DNA of 63,312 nucleotides, counting the filler, from Ministeria vibrans ATCC 50519 (Eukaryota; Protista; Filasterea), in NCBI GenBank assembly GCA_943704425.1. It is 11 parts of 11 records of this genome, joined end to end, with 100 filler letters (N's around TTAATTAATTAA, not from the genome) between each part and the next. Parts side by side here need not be neighbours in the genome. Positions count along the whole stretch, not along the records: positions 1 to 17,908 come from CALSCP010000313.1; positions 18,009 to 22,552 come from CALSCP010001412.1; positions 22,653 to 23,876 come from CALSCP010002376.1; positions 23,977 to 25,532 come from CALSCP010002558.1; positions 25,633 to 27,478 come from CALSCP010002160.1; positions 27,579 to 33,169 come from CALSCP010002000.1; 5 more parts are not named here. One strand, given 5' to 3'. Shown here piece by piece: positions 11,590-30,923 of this stretch. The first letter of the stretch is position 1. Each line of letters starts with the position of its first letter. The notes under the pieces were generated by a model. The model worked only from the letters and a program-made list of their open reading frames with translations. It made no database searches and had not been told where the DNA came from. The position numbers and the translations under genes are program-made.

Positions 11590-12733
11590 ATGACGACCAC
11601 TGCGAAAAAGGCCGCGCCTGCCTACGACGAGAACCTGATCGTCGAAGACCTCCTCAAGCTTCATGCGGCGACGATTGCTGAAGTCAAAACGCTTTGCGCT
11701 GCTGAGCTGGCACTTCAGGACTCAGACGACTACCGCACGAAGCACCCGGCCGCCTACGTGTACGACGACCTTGCTCTCCTGCGCTACGTGCTCTCCTACA
11801 AGAAAGCGTCGGCTGTGAAGAAGCCCCTTGCTCAAGGAATCGCCTATCGCGAGGCTTCGCCTTGGCTTGCCGACCCCAAAAATCCCGCAGCGGCCCAGAT
11901 CTCCGAATTCCTCTGCAGCGGTCTTCACGGATCCCTTCGCGACGGATCTCCCTTCCAAATCATCCGAGCAGGCGTCTCCAATCCACCTGCGGTCGTTAAA
12001 AGTGTTCCGTTTGACGAGGTATCGAATCACGCGGACGACAAACGTGCGGTTCTGACTCACACCATTTTACTATGTCTTGCCATCAGCTCGTGAAATATTT
12101 CATGTACGAAAAGGAAGAGATGTTCAAGGAATGCGATCGTCTTACGCGCGAGACGGGGCGCATTGTCAAGGCAATCAGCATCAACGATTTCACAGGCGTC
12201 GGCATGATGATGAACCGCACGTTCTTCAAGGCCCTCGGCGACTCGTCCAAGTAAGTACCATTGATCACTTTGCCTTTTCTTTTTTGACTGCTTTCGTTTC
12301 TAGAATCAGCGAGAATTTGTACCCGTCCCTGCTGGGCACGGCAATCGTGCACAACCCGCCGACTTTCTTCCGCATGATGTTCTCCATCGGCAAACTGTTT
12401 GTGTCGAAAAAGATGCTTGAGAAGATCCGAATGTGTCCGCGCAAGGGCAACAGCATCGCCGACTGTCCATTTGCCTCGCAGTACTTGACAGCTGAGACAA
12501 CGCCGACCTTCCTTGGCGGCGACTGCGAGTGTGGCGACGACAAGGCGTGTATCAACAACGTCCCAAACACCGTCAAGTCGTACGCGGCGCGTACCGAGTG
12601 GGAGGCGGCGCGCGTCCAAGAGGCGCTGGCCAAGGTGAACCTGGACTCGGCCGAGGAGGTCACGGGCCTCAGAGTCGATCCCGATGATCTCGACCAAGAA
12701 GAAGAAGAAGAAGCCGCGGCGGAGGACGAGTAA
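11590..12733 (+). CDS. CRAL-TRIO/Sec14-like lipid-binding protein, 3 exons
   Basis: DDLALLRYV, DGSPFQIIRAG, INDFTGV, SENLYPSLLG..VHNPPTFF, PTFLGGDC. Confidence 0.85.
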
Positions 12734-12853
12734 AGAATGAGATTGTGTAAGACGAGTAAAGAATGAGGATGTGTAAGAGAGAAGTAAAAGGTTGACTGAC
12801 TGTACCTGTTTTTACTACACTCTCTCGCTTTCGTTTTTTTTTTTTGAAATATT

Positions 12854-15352
<2,499 letters not shown>

Positions 15353-15511
15353 GTTATACACTACAGTAGACAAATGGCCAACTAATAGTAATAATTAGAG
15401 TTTTATTCGTAGTGATTGGGACTGACTGATCGGCGATCGTAAATCGACTTTGAAATCAAAATAATTTACACTCACACCCGGTGATCCGTTCGATCCATCT
15501 CTCTTTTTGAT

Positions 15512-15847
15512 ATGCTTGGGATTGCGGCCTGTTGCGCCGCCTTTTTTGTTGCTTTGGCCGGCGCCTATTACAAAAACTATGTGGTGCGGCGTCCGCGAGT
15601 GTTTCATCATCCCGACGCGCGCTACCTTCTGGAGGCGTGCCCCTCGTTGACTAAGCCCTTCTGGGTGACGCCCTGGTGCACCAATGGACATATGAGCACG
15701 ATTGTGAGTGCGTTGCTTCGCGAGTATCCCGCACGCGTCTCGTATCGCCGTGAGGTGCTCCCCCTCACTGACGGAGGCCAAGTGGCGCTCGACTGGACGA
15801 ATGAAGAGTGCTCCAGCGACAATGCCATTGCCCTGGTCATGCCTGGT

Positions 15848-15892
<45 letters not shown>

Positions 15893-16911
15893 TGTGCTTT
15901 TACACAACTGATTCTGATCGCGCTTTGTAGGTCTCACATCGTCAAGCGCGGAAGGTTACGTGCGCTGGATGATACAGTCGCTGTCAGAGGATGGCTACCG
16001 CTGTGTCGTGTTCAACAACCGAGGGTGTGGGAATCTCCCGCTTTCGACGCCTCTGGGCTACTCGGCAGCCGCCACGTCCGACTTGGGCTCGGTGGTTGCG
16101 CATATCCGTCGTGCCTTTCCACATGCGCCGCTTTTTGCCGTGGGCTTCTCTCTCGGCTCCGTAATCCTCGTCAAATACATTGCCGAACAGGGCGCCACAT
16201 GTGAACTGTCGGGCGCCATATCTATTTCAAACCCCTGGGACTTTCACAAGGTACTAGCACGCTGGCTGAAACGATTGAAGTAATCCTTATGCTGTGACAG
16301 GCAAGTGAGTCGCTCGAAAAGCCCTTAGCACGCACTCTTTTCAACTACCGACTGGCAGACAATCTGAAGTCAATGATGCACAGGTACCGAGCAAACCTCT
16401 CAAGAGACAACCAACAAGTGACTCACTAATGACGCATCTATATATAATAAAGTAATCGGCATGTGTACGGGGATTCAGGCGTGTGTGACTGGGAGGCGCT
16501 TCGCCTCGCACGCATCATCCGCGACATCGACCGTTCCGTCATCTGTCCCATGTTCAACTATTCGTCTGTTGAGGAGTACTACAACGGTACACTAGCGACA
16601 CATATGCATGCACTTGAAAAATTTACGTATTCTGCTGCTTTTGTCCTTTTTTAGATGCCCAGTCCGAGCAGTATCTTCCTCGCATCTGCATTCCCACTGT
16701 CTTCCTCAATGCCGCCGACGATCCTTTCTCGCCGCTCCACGGTATCCCATGTACCGCCATCTCCCGCAACCCCAACACACTGCTTTCCCTCACGCCCTAT
16801 GGTGGCCACCTCTCCTTCGCCGAGGGGCTACGTCCCCTCGGCGACACTCGCATGGAATCCATAGCCTCTGAGGTCTTTGCTGCCCTCCGGCACCTCCACA
16901 AATCTGTATAG
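15512..16911 (+). CDS. ABHD1/3 (YheT/EHT1)-like alpha/beta hydrolase, 5 exons
   Basis: DGGQVALDW, PGLTSSS..YVR, FNNRGCG, GFSLG nucleophile, NAADDPF, GGHLSF. Confidence 0.88.
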
Positions 16912-17012
16912 TACACTTCAAACGATCACTTGACTTGAACTGTACCCTTCAACTACTCCTGTCTGTCGTGATTTCTTTTTATTTATGACGCTTTGTATTT
17001 TTACACTAACTA

Positions 17013-17847
17013 TTACGTCTTTCTCTTTGAAGAGCCAGAGGTAGGGGCAGAAGCAGAGGCGGTAGTGGCAGCAGCAGTACCCATCCGGTGAGGATCCTGT
17101 GATGGATAGTAGACGGGTTGAGACGTGGAGGGAGGTGGGGGAAGGGTCGCGAGGGCGGGTGGGGGCAGACCCGGTACGGGACGCATCGCAGATGGCGGGG
17201 GAGCGCCTGCTCCGCCTTGTGTATCTGTGGACGGTTCGGCCTTGGCTCGGCCCCACATGACGCGCAGAGGACACCCCTTGATAGACAACCCAATGCTCGA
17301 GGTCTCCATGGCTTGCTCGGCCGCCGTGCGCGAACCATACTGAAGAAAGGCGCAGCTCTGGCGGGCTACCACTGTCACCGAGCGGATTTCGCCAAACTGG
17401 TAAAAGTGGTCACGCAAGTCGGACTCGGTAAGCACGTCGGCCTTGACACCGCTGATAAAAAGCGTGGTGATGCTGCGGTCCTTGGGTGGCTCCACCTTGG
17501 GCGCCACCTGTTGGGCGCGCTTCAACATCTTCTCGGCAACCGGGTCGTTGGTGCCGTAGAAGCGGTCCTTGATGTTTTGTTTGGCCAGCGGGTCGTCCGG
17601 CATCGTCGGTGGCATCTCGTGTCGATACGGACACAGCTCACCTCGGTTGCATTCACCCTTGACAAAAAACGAGCAAATCTTGGCGGCATTGCGCTTGTAA
17701 AATGGCTCACGTCGCTGCAGCTTCTCCAGCACAGCGCGTCCTGCTACCGGCGCCTTGCCACCCCCTCCCCCCGCACCGCCACCGCCTGCACCGCCTGCCG
17801 TCGCCAATACACCCATGTTGCCGCCAGTCGCAGCTGCGCCATAGTAC
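17013..17847 (-). CDS. RBM22: Pre-mRNA splicing factor RBM22/Slt11, last exon (5' part lost at linker)
   Basis: PFYKRNAAKICSFFVKGECNRGELCPYRHE, QNIKDRFYGTNDPVAEK, RRM with FYQFGEIRS. Confidence 0.92.
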
Positions 17848-17908
17848 CTGAGGATTTAATTATGGAAGTCAGTCTCAAGCAACCCCCCCCCCCCAAAAAA
17901 AAACACGC

Positions 17909-18008
17909 NNNNNNNNNNNNNNNNNNNNNNNNNNNNNNNNNNNNNNNNNNNNTTAATTAATTAANNNNNNNNNNNNNNNNNNNNNNNNNNNNNNNNNNNN
18001 NNNNNNNN
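17909..18008. other. Artificial contig linker N-run + TTAATTAATTAA + N-run (representative)
   Basis: Identical six-frame-stop linker recurs near 22597, 23921, 25577, 27523, 33214, 39763, 42338, 59987 and 61395. Confidence 0.97.
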
Positions 18009-18325
18009 TTTTTTTTTTTTTTTGAAACTCACGAACATTCTGAACTGAAACATTTTGCTGCGCTTTCTCGTGAAATATCGCCACTGCTCATCGCCGCACT
18101 CGTGGCAACTGTTCCGCCATGAGTCTATCCCGTGCAGTATGCGTCCTTTAATGGCCCGGGAGCGTCGCAATTGCGTCGAGTGTCTCGTCGACCGTTCCTC
18201 TGCTCCGTTTTCCCCTTTCCCTGTGCGCACTCCGCTCGATACCGACGCGGCAGCTGCCCTGTGTGAACCCTGCGCTGTGAAGCAGCCTCTGTGCTAACGT
18301 TGGGTGGGTGTGGTTGTCGCTGTAG

Positions 18326-20420
<2,095 letters not shown>

Positions 20421-20495
20421 TACACTCACGAACAAAAAAATCAATGTTAAAACACCTTTTTTTTGTACTGCCAAAAAAAATATCAAAACCACAAC

Positions 20496-21531
20496 TCACT
20501 CGAGCTTATCGAGTGTCTGCATTCGCTCAACAACCTTCTGCTTCGACGTCTCCATAATCTATATAAAAAAGAACACACACTCAGTTTTGCAACCTTTGAC
20601 TTTTCTCCTATGACTCTTTCCGTTCGTACTTCTCCGCTCAAGAACACTTCATCGACTACTGCATACACTCGGTAGAAATTGAATACCAAATCAAGCTCAC
20701 ACACATTCCCAAAGTACCTACAAAACAAACAAAATTAATTTTTTCCTGTTTGCTTTTTTTTTTGTTTACTTGTCGAGAATTTCCACCAGATTGTGAATCA
20801 TTTCCAAGTAGGCCAGTTTGTTGTCGTCCTGTTCAATGCACATGCAAAAGTAGAGTCCTACAAGCAACAAAACACGTTTGAACAACTGACTCTTCTCCAC
20901 TTTTCATCTCTGACCTGCGTATCGTCGGTACACAATCTTTCCGCCGCTACAAAGAGCACCACCACGACGTGTTAGTGCTTGTGGAAAGGAAGGATGTGAT
21001 TTACCGGAAGTCGACAAAGTTGGTGTGTTTACTGTCGCGGATGGTCACTACCGAATGCACTTCCTATGACAAGGACAAACACTGTAAGCGGAGGGGAGCG
21101 GCGGCGGGCGGGCGGGTCCCATGCACGTGCGTACCTCGATGATCCTCTGCTTCTCCTCGTCGTCGTACGACACGTAGTAGCGTCCCAGACGCGTTTTGCC
21201 TTGGCGGTTTTGAATGAGTAGGAATTTGATACCCTACAGAGTGAGAGAAAGAGCGAGAAAGGTTAATCGAAGCGCAGGGGTGTCGGCCGCAGGCATCATT
21301 GGAGGTGTGGTGAGCCAGCGGCGGGTGTGTGGCGTGCGGTGAAACGCTGTGAGCGAGCAATAACGCAAAAAGAGCAGAACATGACGAACGAAAGAGCGAC
21401 TGCGGCAACTGCGGCGTCAAATGCGGCTGCAGCATGCCCCTGGTGGGTCATTGGTGGACATCGGCAGCAGGTGAGTCCCATGGATCGCTCCATTATCATC
21501 CGACAAGCTCCATTTTTCATAGTTTTCTCTT

Positions 21532-21562
<31 letters not shown>

Positions 21563-21754
21563 AAAAGTTTCAATTGTCTTTGAACATGTGAACAAAAGCG
21601 ATGGGTGAGATGGACATACAAAGAATAAGATACAGCAGAAGTGGATGCGAGCGAGAGAGTCGATATGTTCGACAGTGGACAGAAGTTGGAAATGCGAAAT
21701 GAGAGCAGCAGACAGCTACGACATGCACCAATGCTGCGACGCAGCGTGTACCAT
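20496..21754 (-). CDS. AP2S1: AP-2 complex sigma subunit, 7 exons (first coding exon is ATG only)
   Basis: M|GIKFLLIQNRQGKTRL..RDSKHTNFVDFR..KIVYRRYAGLYF..YFGNVCELDLVFNFYRVY..DKLE*. ATG|GTACAC at 21754 inferred as start. Confidence 0.9.
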
Positions 21755-22022
21755 GATGGATCTGTCTGTAGGCGAGGAAAGGTGGGGATAAAAAAAATTA
21801 GGAATAAATGAAGTCGAAAAGTTTACTCAAAAAGGAGAGAGAGAGAGAAATATTAATACACATATAAAAGAGAGTAATACAATGCTTTAAAAAAAATTAT
21901 AACTATTACTTTTATTTTTATAAATATTAGAAGAAGAAGAATACAACCCATTTATTAATGATAAATTATAAATATTATAATTATAATAATTATTATTATA
22001 TATTTTGGGATTCTTCATTTGT

Positions 22023-22550
22023 TCATTTCTTTTTTCCCTTGCCCTTCCCGCCCGTCACTGCCACCGGCTGCACATCTCCCACACTCCCAATCTTCCGCAC
22101 AAGCTCTCCATACTCGGGGCCCACTCGAAAGTCAAGCACAGCGTCTGTCCGAGCTTCCAACTCTGACTGCACTTCCCCACTCTCACTCGCGCCCGCTTCT
22201 CCCTCCTTCGATCGCGCATACTGGTCCAACTCCGACTTCAGAGACAGCGCCCGTCGCACTCCGCCCTCCTCAAGTGCACTCTTCACAAGCTCGCACGAGC
22301 TCCGCATCCGACCCGCCTCCAGCTGCAAATGCTCGTGTTGCTTTCGCAGCACTTTGCTCTTCCGCTGCGCAAACTCGTCCAGTTGCTCAAGCAGTTCCTT
22401 TCCGCGTGCATCCACTGCATCGTGCAGCTGTTGCATCGCCGCCTGAATCGTCGCCGCCACGCGTCCTCGGTTCTCCTCCACTTGCTGCGACACTCCGGCC
22501 ACATGAGCTGCTGCACTGACCGACCGATCAGCCAGCTCCCACACACGCAT
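22023..22550 (-). CDS. C-terminal fragment of B-box/TRIM-like coiled-coil protein
   Basis: BBC-like heptad pattern IQAAMQQLHDAVDARGKELLEQLDEFAQRKSKVLRKQHEHL; truncated by linker. Confidence 0.5.
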   Translation of the reverse strand: MRVWELADRSVSAAAHVAGVSQQVEENRGRVAATIQAAMQQLHDAVDARGKELLEQLDEFAQRKSKVLRKQHEHLQLEAGRMRSSCELVKSALEEGGVRRALSLKSELDQYARSKEGEAGASESGEVQSELEARTDAVLDFRVGPEYGELVRKIGSVGDVQPVAVTGGKGKGKKK

Positions 22551-22652
22551 CANNNNNNNNNNNNNNNNNNNNNNNNNNNNNNNNNNNNNNNNNNNNTTAA
22601 TTAATTAANNNNNNNNNNNNNNNNNNNNNNNNNNNNNNNNNNNNNNNNNNNN

Positions 22653-22734
<82 letters not shown>

Positions 22735-22982
22735 GGAGAAAGAAACAAAGTGATAGAGAGAAACAAAGTGATAGAGAGAGAGAGAGAGAGGAGGAAAGAA
22801 GAAAGATACAAAATAATAGAGAGATAGGAAGAAAGTGAAAGTAATAGAGAGAGAAACAAAGTGATAGAGAGAGAGAAGGAAAGAAGAAAGACACAAAATA
22901 AGAGAGATAGGAAGAAAGTGAAAGTGATAGAGAGAGGAGAAGAGTGAGTGTTAGTGTTGTGTCACAGTGTCATGTTTCGTAC

Positions 22983-23744
22983 CCTCCAGGTCGCCTCAAT
23001 ATCGAGCACAACACCCTGTGCATAGCGCTCACCCATGCTCTCGGAGATGTACTGCATGGCCATGTTGATGACCCGGTCGGGCGACCAGGCACGCACCAGC
23101 AGCAGACGGCGAAATGCGTCAAGTGTGCTCTGGTAGCCGTCGGGGAGAGGCGCCTCCTCGAGCGACTCCGAGTCGAACCATGTCTTCCAGGCCTTTTCGT
23201 TGCGCCCCACCTGCGCAACCAGCTCGGAGAACTGTGGCAACTTGCTCAGCTCGACAATGTTAAGCCAGGTTGGGTCCATGATCCATGCGTAGGGCTTGGG
23301 TGGTACTGTGGCCAGGTCAAGTGCTGCACCACCGCGGATGAACGTCAGGAACTCGTCGTGGCTGATCTTGTTCGCTGTCAGGTCAACCTTCAGTGTCAGA
23401 AGCAAAGTGTACCTACGAGAAGGAGAAACGGATTAATCAAAAGGAACGCCAGCCTTCTTTCTCTTTATCTCTTACATGAACTTGTGCTTTTCGTAGAACC
23501 CACGACTGGCGTAGGCAAACACACGGAAGGAAAGATAGTCCACAATGTTGGCAATGCGCTTGGCTGGAATGGGACTTTCCTCGCTCAACTCCATGCCTTC
23601 ATCAAAGAGCGCCAAGAATTGCTGCAGCGACGTCTGGTACATGGGCGAGACTGTCGTCATCTCAACAATGAGAAAGTACAGGATAGATCCGCGCGTTGCC
23701 ACTGGACGGAACTCCTCGCGTGCCGTGTTGATTTTGACCTCAGT
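22983..23744 (-). CDS. Axonemal outer-arm dynein heavy chain (DNAH5/8-like), two internal exons
   Basis: [71 protein letters not shown]. Confidence 0.9.
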
Positions 23745-23773
23745 CTACACACAGTGAGAAATAGCAAGCGAGC

Positions 23774-23876
<103 letters not shown>

Positions 23877-23976
23877 NNNNNNNNNNNNNNNNNNNNNNNN
23901 NNNNNNNNNNNNNNNNNNNNTTAATTAATTAANNNNNNNNNNNNNNNNNNNNNNNNNNNNNNNNNNNNNNNNNNNN

Positions 23977-24593
23977 CTTGATGATTTTTGACGCGTCCAC
24001 TGAATGATCGTTGAAAGCCTTTTCCAGCGCAGTCTTGGTAGTACCCTCTACATAAAATCAACATCAAAATAAAAATAAAAAAATAAAAATAGTATTAATA
24101 ATAATAATTATTATTATTATTGACGCAAAAATTAGCTGATTATTATTATTATTGTCGTCGAAAAAATTCTTCTTCACAAAAATAATCCTTGAATTCGTTG
24201 TAGCTTACCGCAAGTGACGGAAACCTCTTTGGCTTCATTCTTGGAGGTACCCTCAAATCGAAAGGAGGTAGGCTCTGCCTCCTAATGAGAATATAAAACA
24301 TAAAATAAAAAATCGAACGTTGAACTTCGGACGAAAAACGAAAGTGTTCGACACGCCAAACTCCAGCAAACAAAGCTAACACACCAGGTAAAAATACATG
24401 CAAAAGCACAATACTAATAGCGGACACGCGTTGCAAGAGAAAATGGAGCGGCGCCGGCGGGGGCCGGGCTGGGAGTGGGTGGGAGTTGAGGTGCGGAAGA
24501 ACAAACCTTGACACAGGCAAAGATCAACCCAATGTCGTCTGTCTTTGCTGTAAAGGTGATGGCTGACGCATCAGTAGTAGCAGTGTGGCTCAT
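23977..24593 (-). CDS. Hypothetical protein, 5' three exons (truncated)
   Basis: In-phase GT-AG splicing gives MSHTATTDASAITFTAKTDDIGLIFACVK|EAEPTSFRFEGTSKNEAKEVSVTC|EGTTKTALEKAFNDHSVDASKIIK; no recognised family. Confidence 0.5.
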
Positions 24594-25276
24594 GGTGGAA
24601 TTGGTAAGTGGTAAAAGTCAAACAAAAAAGTGATTTTGGGAATGAATTTTAATTATTAATGGTAATTTTTGGTTTTGAGGCTTTGAGAGTCGACGGACGA
24701 AAAAACTAATATTGCCAAAGTTGACATCGACCCGGCATTTATTCGACCGTCAACCTAGGCCCTGTAAAGATGATGTCGCAACGATTCTCTACACAAAATC
24801 TTTTTGACCCTATTGTTTAAGCTTAATGTTGAATCCAAGTAACGCCGCGCAAATGTGCATGTAGGAATGTCGGTGTTTCGGCCGACATTCGCATAATATT
24901 TAAACGCAATAAAAGTCGTCCAGGAATGAGCTTTGAAACAAAACATTGCTTTTTAGAACGGAGTTATTAGTACAATCAAGCAGAGAGATGCAAAGGGTGT
25001 GTATTAGCAAAGCATGCACGAGTCATCACTCTCAATCTGAATATTTTTCTTTTTTTTCCGGCACGTCGTTAAGTTCTCATTCTTCTTTTTCATTGTTTTG
25101 CTTGTTCTTGCGGCATTTGGGCTCTGATCATGGCACAATGTAAATGTGTCTGTACTTGTGAATGGCAAAGACAGCGTCAAAGCCAGGTTGCAAAAATGAA
25201 AATAAGAAAAGACGTAAAACAATAACAATCATCTTTATTGTTGCTTTTGTCATTAATATTATTTAAAATAAATGGT

Positions 25277-25503
25277 TTAGTGAGCGAGCTCGGTCTCATT
25301 GAGACGCACAATGGGATGATCCATCGACATCTTGAGATCAAAACCGTAGCCCTCAAGCTCTCGAATGTTGCCATAGCCGTACTTGATCATGGTCGGGCGC
25401 TCGAGAGAAAGACCCCACGCAATGACAGTGACGTCCTCGGGGAATCCCATAGGGAGGAGCATCTCGGGGCGGAATACTCCGCTGTTGCCCAGCTCAACGT
25501 GCC
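25277..25503 (-). CDS. FARSA: Phenylalanyl-tRNA synthetase alpha subunit, last exon
   Basis: [38 protein letters not shown]. Confidence 0.93.
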
Positions 25504-25632
25504 TGCAAGGTACGTAAGAAAGTGGAACAGGTNNNNNNNNNNNNNNNNNNNNNNNNNNNNNNNNNNNNNNNNNNNNTTAATTAATTAANNNNNNNNNNNN
25601 NNNNNNNNNNNNNNNNNNNNNNNNNNNNNNNN

Positions 25633-25722
<90 letters not shown>

Positions 25723-25747
25723 CTCTTTCTCACTTTGCCTTCCTTAG

Positions 25748-27337
25748 AGTTCTCCGTCGCAAACTTGGTTATATCTATGGCCTCGTGCGGTGTCAAGGAT
25801 GCCTGTTCAGACAGCCCGTGTCAAAATGGTGGCACGTGTGTGTTTGCCGACCACAAGCTGGTGTGTGTGTGCAGCGTCGGCTTCGTTGGCAACCACTGTG
25901 ACCTTGCTGACAAGTCACAGAACAGTCTTTCGCGCAACACCCGCTACTGGTGTGGCTGGGGCGCTGGTTGGTACCATTCAGGCACCTCGGGTAACTGGTG
26001 GAAAGGTCACACGTACCACTGCACAAAGTACGAGCCTTTACAAGAAGGCCCTTGGCCTTCTTTCCTTTCTAACCCTTTCCAATAAATTTTAATTATTTTT
26101 TTGTATTTTTATAGGTGCTACCCAGGCTACTACTGTGATGGAAACGTACGTATCTGGGGAGTTTCTTTTTTGTTTTTTTTTTGTTTTTTTTTTGTGATTT
26201 GGTGACTTGGCTTACACGGAAGCGCTTGTCTTTTTGCCTCAGGCGCAACGTGGCTGTCCGGCGGGAAAGTATTCCTGGAGCAGCATGGGTGCATGGTCAG
26301 CCACTTTCTTCACTTACACTACATCACTTTGCATCGACTGTTCTCATCCTCTCTTTTTGTTCTCTCCAAAACAGCGTCAATTGCCCTGCTGGTCAGTATA
26401 GCAACACGTGGCATGCTTCCACCTGGTGTAACGCATGTCGTGGAGGTACGTCTACGAACTGATTGTTTGTGTTCAAATTCCCTTCTGAATTGTTGTTCAT
26501 TTTCAGGTTACTTTTCCCCAACTGCTGCGGCCACGTGCTACAGCTGCTGGCCCGGATCTTACTCGGTACGTTTTGTTCTCTCTTCTTGTTCCACTTTTAC
26601 TTATACAGCATTCTTTTTCTTTCGAACACCCTTGTATTCCTTCTATAGGGTTGGGCCTATGGCAGCTGTCCTGGGTGTCCTGGCGGAAAAATTTCCGTAC
26701 AATGGCACAAACTTATTCTATTGCTCAACACCCATCTTTAATACATTGTATGCAGGGATGGACGTCATCAACATGCCACACGTGCCGCAACGGACTGTAC
26801 AAGCACTTTGGGCACGTAAGTCTGCTTTTTCTGCTTTTTGAGATGAGTTTGGTGTGTGTCATCTCACCTTCTTTTCTTTTCTTAGGCATGCTCCCACTGC
26901 CCTGCGGGCCAGTACACCGGCAGTTCTTTGACAGGGTATACTGGTTGTAGCGCTTGCTATCCAGGCCACTACTGCTCGGGCGCCACAATCGTATGTCAAT
27001 CAACAATGGAATACAAATTCTCATATTTGTTTTTTGTTTTTAGCAACGCTCCTGTCCCGCCGGTCAGTACTCTGGTTGGTATGCTCACTGGTGCGCACAT
27101 TGTCCTGTAGACAAATACTCGGGAGCAACCGTACGCAAGCCAAAAAAAAAAAGATAAAACTAATGTTCTAAAAAAAAGTATTTACACGCGCACACGATTC
27201 GTAGTCTGCCCACTGTACCAACTGCCCGCCAGGTTCATATACTCTTGGGGCGACTGCACAAAGTGGATGCCGTAACCCTTGTTGGCCGAACCCTTGTCGA
27301 AACGGTGGCTCTTGCCAAAGCGACAACATGGGCTATC
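25748..27337 (+). CDS. Extracellular EGF + Cys-rich (GCC2/GCC3-like CPAG.YS) repeat protein, about 10 small exons, partial
   Basis: CSDSPCQNGGTC..C.C..GF.G..C EGF, repeated CPAGQYS/CYPGYYC units, second EGF NPCWPNPCRNGGSC; junctions in phase. Confidence 0.8.
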
Positions 27338-27357
27338 GTACGGATTTATATTGCGGA

Positions 27358-27435
<78 letters not shown>

Positions 27436-27578
27436 TTTATTATAAAAATATAATAATAATTAATATTATTAATATTTTNNNNNNNNNNNNNNNNNNNNNN
27501 NNNNNNNNNNNNNNNNNNNNNNTTAATTAATTAANNNNNNNNNNNNNNNNNNNNNNNNNNNNNNNNNNNNNNNNNNNN

Positions 27579-28290
27579 TGTGCAGGGCGTCGTTGTGAAC
27601 GGCGTCACGACATGCGAGACTTCGCACTTGACTGCCTTCCAGATGGTCACCACCTACGGCGTTGACAGCGGTTCTCAGGGCTCCGGCACGGGCAGTTCGT
27701 CGTCGTCGTCGTCGTCGTCCATGGTTCTGTACGGCGCCATTGCCGGTGTGGCCATATTTGCCGTGGTCATCATTGCGCTCATTGCGTTGTTTGTGCATCG
27801 CAACAGCGAGAAGTACAACCGCGGCGCGGTCTTCAATGTGATGAGCAAGACGGAGAACGAGACGGAGAAGAAGAAGGGATTCAACATGTACATCCTTCAG
27901 GAGCACGGTCTGGAGGTGCCGGCCACCGAGAGCGACGACACTGCCGGAATGTGGGACACTGGCGAGGCGTCTGAGGACGAGATGTACGGGTCGATTGAGG
28001 ATAGCGTCTCGCACGGTGGACTTGCCAAGCAGCCCAGCATGACATCGCAGTCGTCCTTCTGGATCAACCCGATGCTTCTGCTCGACGGTGCGACCACCGA
28101 GGAGAGCATGGCCGACACTGGTGTTGTTCTTGACGACTCGTCGGCCGGCGGCTTCTCGTCGACGGCGAGTGCTGCGGCGCGTCGTCAGAGCATTGTTGCG
28201 TCGCTCGCAAGCGCCAACATGCTGACGGACCGCACTCTGCAGCCAATGTCGTCGACAGCCGAGGACCCCGACACCGAGTTCATGTGTTGA
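27579..28290 (+). CDS. C-terminus of single-pass membrane protein with GPS (GAIN) autoproteolysis motif
   Basis: TTCETSHLTAF followed by Ser-rich linker, one TM (YGAIAGVAIFAVVIIALIALFV) and acidic tail. Confidence 0.7.
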
Positions 28291-28577
28291 GTCAAGAGAG
28301 TGAGAGAGTGAGAGAGAGAGAGAGAGAGAGAAATGATTCTATGGCCAGGAGCAATAAAAAGGAATGTGTCAAGGTTTCAAGTTTCAACTCAGCAGAATGT
28401 GTGAGTATTATAATTATTTATAATAATAATTATAATTATTATTAATAATTATTATTATTTATTATTATGATTATAATTACTAAATTTGTGATGCTACTTT
28501 CTTAGTCATTCTACTATTATAATGACAGTTATTATATTAATTTTAATAAGAATGTTTTGGTACAGAAACGGGAGAAT

Positions 28578-30923
<2,346 letters not shown>

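Noticed and set aside
17953-17964. Recurrent palindromic TTAATTAATTAA between N runs
   Set aside because: Artificial six-frame-stop contig linker; gene neighbourhoods across it are not biological.
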